Positions 27,394 through 35,175 of a DNA stretch of 64,000 nt are shown one piece after another. A program made the translations under genes and the position numbers. Origin of the DNA: an uncultured Gammaproteobacteria bacterium (GTDB taxonomy: Bacteria; Patescibacteriota; Patescibacteriia; Patescibacteriales; UBA12465); the NCBI GenBank assembly GCA_964435515.1, contig CAYSZD010000001.1:4026-68025 (forward strand), written 5' to 3'. Position 1 is the first letter of the stretch, and the number at the start of each line of letters is the position of its first letter. A model generated the notes under the pieces. The model saw only the letters and a program-made list of their open reading frames with translations, did not search any database and was not told where the DNA came from.

Positions 27394-27592
27394 AGTCACA
27401 TTAGTTCGAACTTCGTCCACGACCCCGAGCAAAATGCGAAAGCAGGTTTTAAAAGCCTGTTTTTGTTTTAATATTAGACACATTTTAAGTTCCAAAGCGG
27501 TTCGAACATTTTTGGGATATTTTAGATAATCTATAGTAATTTGTGGAAAAGCCTTTATTTTATTGGCTCATATTGGTTCGAACTTGCGTCAT
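27394..27592 (+). repeat. Repeat unit D: tRNA-Gln 3'-half remnant + hairpin/T-run + 128-nt core (right end diverged)
   Basis: AGTCACATTAGTTCGAACTTCGTCCACGACCCCGAGCA (27394-27431; 3 differences from the unit B copy), hairpin 27443-27464, core 27465-27592. Confidence 0.85.
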
Positions 27593-27646
27593 GTTGTTTG
27601 GCTAAGTAAGTTATGATATTATATAAATATAAAATTATTTTCATGT

Positions 27647-30043
27647 ATGGAGCTTAACCTAAAAAAAATAGATTTGCCACCTCAAAAGAACGAGGATCTA
27701 AAAGAAAAAGACTGTAATTTTATAAAAAATAATTTCGAAAAGCATATTGAGTTGTATAGAAGTGTTGCGGAAAAGAAAGGCATTAAGGCGGTGAATGGTG
27801 GTTTGTTTGTGATGGTTGACGGTATTGAATATAAATACGATAGCAATGGAGATGCTTACAAGACAGAGGTTAACTCCGATGGTTGTAATTTAAATACGGG
27901 AAGGGTTGACCAGGTGGGCAGTTACTGGGAAAATAATGGGAAAATTGCTTTTGTTGATGAGCTTGGGCAAGTTTGGATTGGGGCAAATAACGATTCAAAT
28001 ATAACAGCCTTAAACGAGGCTAATTATCAAAGAAGTAGTATTTGGGTCCCGTTTTCTAACGGAGAAGAGCCGGTAGATAAGGAGGTCTATAAGAAAATTA
28101 GAGATGTGCTAACCGGGAAAGGAGGCGACCAATTAAAGATAGAAAGAAATACTAGAGTTAAAAAAATTATTAATCAAAGAGAAATATTGTTTGGGGAAGC
28201 AAATGCTTTTGTTGATGAAAATGAGTTATATGAACAAGTGGCGTATAACGATGGTGAGTATTATATTAACGAAAAAAAAATAATTAACGAAAAATTACAG
28301 CCACAAATTGAAAAAGATAATGCTGGATTTGGGCGTAAAGTTTATATAATAAATAATCAAACATTTTCTTTCAAGGGCAGGGAGGAGATGCCGGTATATG
28401 AAACGCTTGCTAATTCAAGGAGTGTTTTCTTGGGGGAAGACCCAAAATTTATTAATCCAAAAGATTTTGAAAAATATAAAGAATCGTTAGAGAATAATAA
28501 CAAAAATAAAGAATTACCTCAGCATTTTATTGTTAATAAATCTTTGTTGGGAGTTCTCGAGCTTGCCGTACAACTTGGAAGCAATGATGGGAGCCTTTTA
28601 AAAATAATTACTGATTTAAAAAAAGGTATTTATAGCGAGAGAGCGCTATTATTGCTAGATGCTCTAATAGCAGGCGACTGCATAAATATAATTTTGTACG
28701 GGGAAGAAACAGATAAAGACACCGAGGCTCTAGTTTTACTTTCTTTGCTCGGGGACGCTGATTCCCAAATAGTTGTAAGAGAAAATATGGAATTATTTCA
28801 GAATGAGATAGCGAAATTTAAAGAACGGTATAAGAAAGAAAATAATAAAGAGTATGAAAAAATTAAGCTAGAGTGGGGGTCGGAGTATGAGGCTCTAGAT
28901 ATAAAAGATCTTTGCGCTGTCCATTCTACTAGATATAAACCGGAGAGAGCCGAGGATGGGTTTACGGTTAGAACTCTTTTTGATGCAACTAATGGAGAAT
29001 ATCTTCGAAATACAATTCATGTCAGTCTTAATCATAAGGTGAAAGGGCATATGTATGGTTCTTGGGATGATGCTAACTATGTTCTAGTTTCCCCACTGGA
29101 AAGGATGGTGGAGTTAAATGGGTTGCCGCAAAGGTTAAATACTGTGGATACTTTTTGGAATGCTAATCCCGGGGCCCCAGTTGTATTCCCTGACGCCGTT
29201 TTAATCTCTCCTGGTAGCAGAGAGATGCATGAATTGTTCCAACGAGACGGGAATATTCTAAATTTTAAGTCTGAAAATTTCAGCAAAGAGGATTTGGTAG
29301 TTCTTAAAAGTGCTTTTGAAAAAGAGGGTCGCTTGAATGACTTTTTAATGATTATAGAACAGAAGTTAAAGAAAGTTTTTGAATCTTATGATTTAGATAA
29401 AAAATTAAAAGAGCAGTGGGATTTAGATGTTGTGCAAGAAAAAATTAATCAATTTTTATATAAAAACAATGATTTTAATAAAAGTCATAATTTAAACGTT
29501 TTTGACTTGTTGCCATCTACGGGCAATTCTGATTCATCAGAGGCTTATATTGACGCCTCGGTTAAGTATTTAATTGAGCAATCGGGAGCGCTGGTTGGGA
29601 TTAAGGTGGATTCTCATGATAGCAATCAGGCTATAATAGATCTGGTTAGATATTTATCTGGTGTGATTAGCTTAGTCGTTGCTCGGGTTGTTAATGAATT
29701 AGCTGTTAGCATAGTTCTTAAAACTAAAGGCTTTGATGAGAAGAAAGGAGGGGAGTCGTCATGGAGTGACTATAACTCTAAATATCAAATAATGGAACTA
29801 GGGGCAGAGCTCGGTGTTATAGGGGGGCCGCATGAAGGAGGGGAAGATGATATTGTTGTTTCAACACATCAATATTATATAAGAAAAGCGAAGGAAGACA
29901 AAAATGGAGATGAGGGGGATTTTGATTGGTCTCAATACTCATTTAGTTATGAAAAATTATTATTTAATGATTTATTAAAGAGACTGGATGCAAAAACTCT
30001 TCGTGTCATTTATGCGGCCGGAGCTTTAAATGCCAGGTATTAG
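27647..30043 (+). CDS. Large hypothetical protein (798 aa), no family recognised
   Basis: Long uninterrupted ORF directly after repeat unit D. No obvious signal peptide or TM helix. Has a beta-rich N-terminal part, a helical middle, and a conserved-looking block VHSTRYKP...RNTIHVSLNHKVKGHMYGSWDDANYVLVSP. Confidence 0.8.
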   Translation: MELNLKKIDLPPQKNEDLKEKDCNFIKNNFEKHIELYRSVAEKKGIKAVNGGLFVMVDGIEYKYDSNGDAYKTEVNSDGCNLNTGRVDQVGSYWENNGKIAFVDELGQVWIGANNDSNITALNEANYQRSSIWVPFSNGEEPVDKEVYKKIRDVLTGKGGDQLKIERNTRVKKIINQREILFGEANAFVDENELYEQVAYNDGEYYINEKKIINEKLQPQIEKDNAGFGRKVYIINNQTFSFKGREEMPVYETLANSRSVFLGEDPKFINPKDFEKYKESLENNNKNKELPQHFIVNKSLLGVLELAVQLGSNDGSLLKIITDLKKGIYSERALLLLDALIAGDCINIILYGEETDKDTEALVLLSLLGDADSQIVVRENMELFQNEIAKFKERYKKENNKEYEKIKLEWGSEYEALDIKDLCAVHSTRYKPERAEDGFTVRTLFDATNGEYLRNTIHVSLNHKVKGHMYGSWDDANYVLVSPLERMVELNGLPQRLNTVDTFWNANPGAPVVFPDAVLISPGSREMHELFQRDGNILNFKSENFSKEDLVVLKSAFEKEGRLNDFLMIIEQKLKKVFESYDLDKKLKEQWDLDVVQEKINQFLYKNNDFNKSHNLNVFDLLPSTGNSDSSEAYIDASVKYLIEQSGALVGIKVDSHDSNQAIIDLVRYLSGVISLVVARVVNELAVSIVLKTKGFDEKKGGESSWSDYNSKYQIMELGAELGVIGGPHEGGEDDIVVSTHQYYIRKAKEDKNGDEGDFDWSQYSFSYEKLLFNDLLKRLDAKTLRVIYAAGALNARY

Positions 30044-30082
30044 GCTTATTTGATTGGTTATTAATAATTAATAAATAAATTT

Positions 30083-30790
30083 ATGGAAAATGAAATTAAT
30101 CAAGCGGAAATTATTCCGATGCCAAGAATTGGTGATAAGGCGCCAAGTTTTAAGGCAGTAACTACTCAAGGAGAAATTAATTTTCCTGATGATTATAAAG
30201 ATTCTTGGGTAATATTATTTAGTCACCCAGCTGATTTTACTCCTGTTTGTACTTCAGAATTTATGACTTTTGCTAGTCAAGAAGAAAAGTTTAATAAGGC
30301 CGGTTGTAAATTAATCGGGCTATCTATTGACGGCCTATATAGTCATATTGCTTGGCTTAGAACTATAAAAGAAAAAATAGAATACAAGGGGATGAAAAAT
30401 GTTGAGGTCAAGTTTCCCTTAATTGAAGATATTACTATGGAGGTTGCTAATAAGTATGGCATGGTCCAACCAGGAGAAAGTAGTACTAAGGCTGTTAGAG
30501 CGGTATTTTTTATTGACCCTAAAGGAATTATTAGGGCTATTATTTATTATCCATTAAGTTTGGGTAGAAATTTTGATGAATTATATCGAGCTTTAATAGC
30601 TATGCAGACGGCTGATAAATTTTCTATTGCCACCCCAGCTGACTGGCAGCCTGGTGATGATGTGATCGTACCAACCGCTGGTTCATGTGGAGTTGCTCAA
30701 GAGAGAATGGATAGTAGCGATATTAATTGTTATGATTGGTTTTTCTGCACTAAAAAGCTTAGTAAGGAAGACGTAGAAAAGTCTATTTAG
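30083..30790 (+). CDS. Peroxiredoxin (1-Cys/Prx6-like)
   Basis: Peroxidatic Cys motif HPADFTPVCTSEF and the thioredoxin fold; 235 aa. Confidence 0.92.
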   Translation: MENEINQAEIIPMPRIGDKAPSFKAVTTQGEINFPDDYKDSWVILFSHPADFTPVCTSEFMTFASQEEKFNKAGCKLIGLSIDGLYSHIAWLRTIKEKIEYKGMKNVEVKFPLIEDITMEVANKYGMVQPGESSTKAVRAVFFIDPKGIIRAIIYYPLSLGRNFDELYRALIAMQTADKFSIATPADWQPGDDVIVPTAGSCGVAQERMDSSDINCYDWFFCTKKLSKEDVEKSI

Positions 30791-30800
30791 ATAAAATATT

Positions 30801-31235
30801 ATGCGCCTTTGGAGTCTATCGCCGCAATATTTAGACAGGCAGGGCCTTCTCGCTGTTTGGCGAGAGGGCTTATTAGCTAGAAAAGTGTTATCTAATAAGA
30901 CAAAGGGCTATAAAAATCATCCTCAATTAGATAGGTTTAAAGCAAGTGATGAACCACTTAAGAATATAGATATATATTTGTATGGAATTTTTTTAGAGGC
31001 AAAAAACAGAGGCTATAAATTTGATAAAAGCAAAATAGCTATTTGTGAGATATATAATAAGCAAATAAATGTAACTACCGGACAGGTATTATATGAGTTT
31101 AGGCATTTGCTTAATAAACTTAAAGTCAGAGATCTTGCTAAATTTGAAGAATTAAAAAATGTCACTAATCCAGAATTACATTTTATATTTAAATTAATAT
31201 CAGGTGACATAGAAAGGTGGGAAAGAGTTAAATAG
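30801..31235 (+). CDS. Pyrimidine dimer DNA glycosylase/endonuclease V-like protein
   Basis: The N-terminus MRLWSLSPQYLDRQGLLAVWREGLLARKVL...KGYKNHPQLDRF matches the conserved start of proteins annotated with this function. Confidence 0.7.
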   Translation: MRLWSLSPQYLDRQGLLAVWREGLLARKVLSNKTKGYKNHPQLDRFKASDEPLKNIDIYLYGIFLEAKNRGYKFDKSKIAICEIYNKQINVTTGQVLYEFRHLLNKLKVRDLAKFEELKNVTNPELHFIFKLISGDIERWERVK

Positions 31236-31312
31236 GAAACTTTTAATAGATAGAGCTTGCTTTTAATTCCTTTAAGATATATACTATATACACTTAATAT
31301 TTATTTAAAATT

Positions 31313-31879
31313 ATGAAAAATTTTGATCGTGGTAGTAAAAGAAATTTTGGTGGTGGTGGAGGTGGATATGAAAAGAGAGATTTTGGTGGATCTCGTGGAT
31401 TTGCTGAAAAAAAAGAGATGTTTCCAGCTATTTGTAGTGAATGTGGTAATCACTGTGAAGTGCCTTTTAGACCATCTGGTAGTAAACCAGTATTTTGTAG
31501 TGATTGTTTTCGTGGACACGATGCTCCTGCTCCTCGTAGCGGTGGTCGTGATCGTGATCGCGAATTTTCTCCATCTAGAAGTTTTCAAGAACGTCCAGAG
31601 AGGGCCAGTTTTACTCCATCTGTAAAAGACAACATGGAAGAAAGATTAGCAGCTATACATAATAAGTTGGATAAAATTATGGCTATGTTAAGCTCTAATT
31701 CTAATGTTACTAAAGCTGTTAAGGAAGATAAAGTAAAAGAGGAAGTTAAAAAAGAAATAGATGAAAAGCCTAAGGCTAAAGTAGTCGTAGAGAAGAAAGA
31801 GAAGGCTAAGGCTGTTAAAAAAGTAGCTGCACCTAAGAAGAAAGATAAAGTAGCAGTAAAAAAAGTAGCTAAAAAATAA
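31313..31879 (+). CDS. CxxC-x17-CxxC zinc-ribbon protein with RGG-like N-terminus and Lys/Ala/Val-rich (histone H1-like) tail
   Basis: CSEC-x17-CSDC with FRPSGSKPVFC (nt 31433-31507), a G-run/RG N-terminus, and the tail AKAVKKVAAPKKKDKVAVKKVAKK. Confidence 0.75.
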   Translation: MKNFDRGSKRNFGGGGGGYEKRDFGGSRGFAEKKEMFPAICSECGNHCEVPFRPSGSKPVFCSDCFRGHDAPAPRSGGRDRDREFSPSRSFQERPERASFTPSVKDNMEERLAAIHNKLDKIMAMLSSNSNVTKAVKEDKVKEEVKKEIDEKPKAKVVVEKKEKAKAVKKVAAPKKKDKVAVKKVAKK

Positions 31880-31901
31880 GAAATTTATTTATAGGTATTA
31901 C

Positions 31902-31931
31902 AAGACGACCAAATTTGGTCGTCTTTGTTTT
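31902..31931 (+). terminator. Intrinsic terminator
   Basis: AAGACGACC/GGTCGTCTT 9-bp stem followed by TTTGTTTTT. Confidence 0.7.
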
Positions 31932-31996
31932 TCATGAAACTGTCTTTTTATTGATATTATTGTATAATTAAGATATAAATTATAAAAACATTAATT

Positions 31997-33250
31997 ATGA
32001 AATATATTAAGAAACCAGAATTATTAGCTCCAGCTGGTAATTTGTTAAAATTAAAGACAGCCCTAGCTCATGGCGCTGATGCTGTATATTGCGGAACACC
32101 TGATTTTTCACTTAGAACAAGAATTAATGATTTTTCTTTAAGTGATATTGGTGAGGGTATAGAATATGCACATTCATTAGGCAAAAAAGCTTATGTGACT
32201 TTAAATATTTTAGCTCATGAATATCATTTAAAGGCTTTAACAAAGGAAATTCTAACTCTTAAAAAGATGGGCCCTGATGCTCTATTTGTTGCTGATCCTG
32301 GAGTAGCTTTAATGATTAAAAAAAATTGGCCTCAAGCTAAATTAAGTCTTAGTACTCAGGCTAATTGTACTAATTCTCAATCAGCTTTATTTTGGCAAAA
32401 ACAGGGTTTTAGTAGAATTATTTTATCTCGTGAATTAGCCTTAGAAGAAATTAAAGCTATCAAACAAGAGCTTGGAGATTTAGAAATTGAAGTTTTTGTT
32501 CATGGTGCTTTATGTAGCGCTTATTCTGGTCGTTGTTTTTTGTCTTCTTATTTTACCGGACGTAATGCAAATTTAGGTGATTGTGTTCAACCTTGTCGTT
32601 GGGAGTATGAGATTAAGCCAAAGGGACACGATAAGGCTCTGCTTATTAGTGAAGATATGCATGGTAGCTATCTCCTTAACTCTCAAGATCTTTGTTTAAT
32701 TGAAAGATTACCAGAAATTATTGTTAGCGGTGTGAGTGCTTTAAAGATTGAAGGAAGAGCAAAAAGTGTATATTATCTTGCTAATGTTGTTGGTGCTTAT
32801 CGCAAAGGAATTGATTTAGTTTGTTCTGGAGCTAAAAAAGAAGATATTAAGAGTGGTTTAGCTTTGCTTAAAAAAGAATTATTAAACAAATTACAACATC
32901 GAGGTTATACTGAGGGTTTTATGTTTGCTAAAAATGAAAACTTACAAAATCATCAAGGTAATTTTCCTGATTCTAATTGGGAATTTTGTGGACAAGTTTT
33001 AAGTTGCGAGTTACGTGGCAAGAAATATGAATTATTAGTGCAAGTTCATAATACCTTATTATCAACTGACAGCGTTGAAATAATAGGTCCTAATTATAAA
33101 GTAGCTAAAATTAGCACTAAGAGTATGCGTAGTGCAATAGATAAGGAAAAAATTAATGAGGCCCATGGCGGAGGAGGGAATCAGCAGATTTTAATTGAAA
33201 CAGCAGAATTTTGGCCAGCACTTAGTGTTTTGAGAAGGAAAATAAAGTAG
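31997..33250 (+). CDS. Peptidase U32 family protein
   Basis: N-terminus KKPELLAPAGNLLKLKTALAHGADAVY, the ALKIEGRAKS motif and Cys-rich segment CSAYSGRCFLS, all typical of U32. Confidence 0.88.
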   Translation: MKYIKKPELLAPAGNLLKLKTALAHGADAVYCGTPDFSLRTRINDFSLSDIGEGIEYAHSLGKKAYVTLNILAHEYHLKALTKEILTLKKMGPDALFVADPGVALMIKKNWPQAKLSLSTQANCTNSQSALFWQKQGFSRIILSRELALEEIKAIKQELGDLEIEVFVHGALCSAYSGRCFLSSYFTGRNANLGDCVQPCRWEYEIKPKGHDKALLISEDMHGSYLLNSQDLCLIERLPEIIVSGVSALKIEGRAKSVYYLANVVGAYRKGIDLVCSGAKKEDIKSGLALLKKELLNKLQHRGYTEGFMFAKNENLQNHQGNFPDSNWEFCGQVLSCELRGKKYELLVQVHNTLLSTDSVEIIGPNYKVAKISTKSMRSAIDKEKINEAHGGGGNQQILIETAEFWPALSVLRRKIK

Positions 33251-33257
33251 ATATTTT

Positions 33258-34361
33258 ATGCTCTCTTTTTCCATAAAAAAGAAGATAGTTTATATTGCGA
33301 GTATTGTAATAGCTGTTTTTGTGCTTGTATTTTCATATCGATTAATTATAGAGAAAGAGCAGCTATATAACCTGCATAATAAAGAGCAGAAAAATGATAT
33401 AAGTCAAAATTTTGTGCTTGATACCAATGATCCAATTAAAAAAGATTTAACTATGATATTTGGTGGAGATATTATGCTTTCACGTACAGTTAATGCAAAG
33501 ATGTCAGATTATAATGATTATGCTTGGCCAGCCCGATTAATTGCTTCTAGTACAAATTCAGCCGACATTACAATTTTTAATTTAGAATCACCTTTCTTGA
33601 GGGACTCAAACTATAGCGTGCCCACTGGTTCTTTTAGTTTTAAAGCTAATCCTTTGTCAGTCGAGACGCTTACTTTATTGGGCACTGATGTAGTGTCTTT
33701 GGCAAATAATCACATGTTAAATGCTGGCAGACAAGGCTTGGTAGATACTATTGATATTTTAAAAGAAAATGATATGAATAGTGTAGGAGCTGGTTTAAGC
33801 GAGGAGGATGCTCGTAAAGGCGCCGTATTGGAGGTAAATGGCTGGAAGATAGGCTTTTTGTCTTATGCCTATCCTCAAGATAGTAGCGTAGCTACTGACA
33901 CAAGAGCTGGTATTGCTAGCATGAATTTAGAAAATTTGAAAATAGACATTGAGAGATTAAAAAATGAATCTGATTTAGTAATTGTTCTAATGCATGCTGG
34001 CATAGAGTATGTTTCTCAAGCAAATAAAGAACAGATAAATTTTGCTCATAGTGCTATTGATTATGGGGCTGATGCGGTTATTGGTCATCATCCACATTGG
34101 CCTCAGAATTGGGAAATATATAAAGATAAGCCAATTTTCTATTCTTTAGGTAATTTTATTTTTGATCAGATGTGGTCTAAAGGCACTAGTCAGGGCCTAT
34201 TCGCTGAATTAGTATTTAGAGAAGATTTGTCTGGTTCCGCTCAATTAATACCAATTATTATCAAAGACTACGGTCAGGTTAATTTGTGGCCAAAAGATAT
34301 AGACGAAGCATCCTTCTGGTCTGTATATAATTTAAAACAACCAGAACAGATTAATTGGTAA
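33258..34361 (+). CDS. CapA-family metallophosphoesterase-like protein, membrane-anchored
   Basis: FGGDIMLSR, NLESP, SLANNHMLNAG, VLMHAGIEY, GADAVIGHHPHW and YSLGNFIFDQ motifs. Confidence 0.85.
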   Translation: MLSFSIKKKIVYIASIVIAVFVLVFSYRLIIEKEQLYNLHNKEQKNDISQNFVLDTNDPIKKDLTMIFGGDIMLSRTVNAKMSDYNDYAWPARLIASSTNSADITIFNLESPFLRDSNYSVPTGSFSFKANPLSVETLTLLGTDVVSLANNHMLNAGRQGLVDTIDILKENDMNSVGAGLSEEDARKGAVLEVNGWKIGFLSYAYPQDSSVATDTRAGIASMNLENLKIDIERLKNESDLVIVLMHAGIEYVSQANKEQINFAHSAIDYGADAVIGHHPHWPQNWEIYKDKPIFYSLGNFIFDQMWSKGTSQGLFAELVFREDLSGSAQLIPIIIKDYGQVNLWPKDIDEASFWSVYNLKQPEQINW

Positions 34362-35175
34362 ATGCTTTCTGACAATTTTTTTCTAAAATATCTAAATGTT
34401 TATTAAAACAGTTTTTCTTTTTTAAAGTAGAAACTGTTTTTATTTTATAGCGACATTGTTGACATAGATAAATAATTCTGCGAGCTTGTTCTTGATAGTA
34501 TTTTGTTAATTCTTTTTTTGATGGAAGCTTATTTAAATTCCTATGAGCTAAATTTCGAATATTTGCATGCCAATCTTCTCTAAAGTCATAAACGTCATCG
34601 GCTAATTGTTTAGCAGCTAAGAAATATTTACTAGCTAAAAGAAAATTTTTTTTATCTTCTATGGGCCAATTTAATTGCTCTATTAAAATTAAAGTGGGCG
34701 CCATTATAAATATAGATTTGTCTGAACCTTGTATGTCTTTGGGGGCTATGTTAAGGTGATGTTTTATAGATTTATAACTAGCTAGTTCAGTTTTCATAAG
34801 TAGTTGTTGCCAAATTTCTAGACTCTTTAAATTTTGATTAATGCAAGCAAATTTAAAAGCTGAATATAGACAAGTATTTGCTAGGGATAGATATTCTTTG
34901 GGTGTATATTGATTATCGCTTAAATCATCTTGAATACTATAGGCAGTCCATAGAAAAAGAGTAGACACGCCTAGTAGTTGAGTTAATATCTGATTACTTT
35001 TATGTGCAATTAAATCATCTAAAGCGATGATAGTAGGCATTAGTGAAATAAGTCCCTTGCTATCGTCTCTATAAGTTTTTTGTTTATATTCTTTTAAGGA
35101 ATCTCTCAGAATTTTCGGCCATAGTTTTAATTCTTTTTCAAATCGCAAATAGATATTTTGCTTAATTGTTTTCAT
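34351..35175 (-). CDS. Hypothetical protein with two DDxxD motifs (isoprenoid-synthase-fold-like?)
   Basis: YSIQDDLSDN and KQLADDVYDFRED lie about 110 aa apart. The second resembles the FQxxDDxxD second Asp-rich motif of polyprenyl synthases. The start at 35175 (MKTIKQ) overlaps the kinase stop by 14 nt; the tracked start is 35214. Confidence 0.55.
   Translation of the reverse strand: MKTIKQNIYLRFEKELKLWPKILRDSLKEYKQKTYRDDSKGLISLMPTIIALDDLIAHKSNQILTQLLGVSTLFLWTAYSIQDDLSDNQYTPKEYLSLANTCLYSAFKFACINQNLKSLEIWQQLLMKTELASYKSIKHHLNIAPKDIQGSDKSIFIMAPTLILIEQLNWPIEDKKNFLLASKYFLAAKQLADDVYDFREDWHANIRNLAHRNLNKLPSKKELTKYYQEQARRIIYLCQQCRYKIKTVSTLKKKNCFNKHLDILEKNCQKAFTN

Larger units (their letters stand above)
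23183..30043 (+). mobile_element. tRNA-Gln-anchored accretion array of four small gene cassettes separated by repeated tRNA-half/hairpin/core units (no recombinase in window; right boundary uncertain)
   Basis: Direct repeats at 23219-23416, 24571-24737, 25626-25825 and 27394-27592. The cassette genes all lie on the + strand. By eye they use more GGG/GGC/GGA and C/G-ending codons than the flanking core genes. Confidence 0.5.

Noticed and set aside
23219-27592. Possibility that the repeated units form a CRISPR array
   Set aside because: The repeats are about 170-200 bp, imperfect, and separated by 1-2.7 kb of protein-coding sequence. There are no short regular repeat/spacer units and no cas genes.
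30044-30082. CTTATTTGATTGGTTATT as a decayed copy of the core motif CCTTGATTTTATTGGTCAAT marking the array end
   Set aside because: The similarity is short and made of low-complexity AT-rich sequence, and no GGTTCGAA or CGAGCA follows. It cannot be distinguished from chance by eye.
31301-31625. Two extra long ORFs (one on each strand) overlapping the start of the CxxC-x17-CxxC gene
   Set aside because: They arise from the repetitive GGT/GTT-rich sequence. Their products are monotonous V/T/I strings, and only the 31313-31879 frame gives a recognisable domain.
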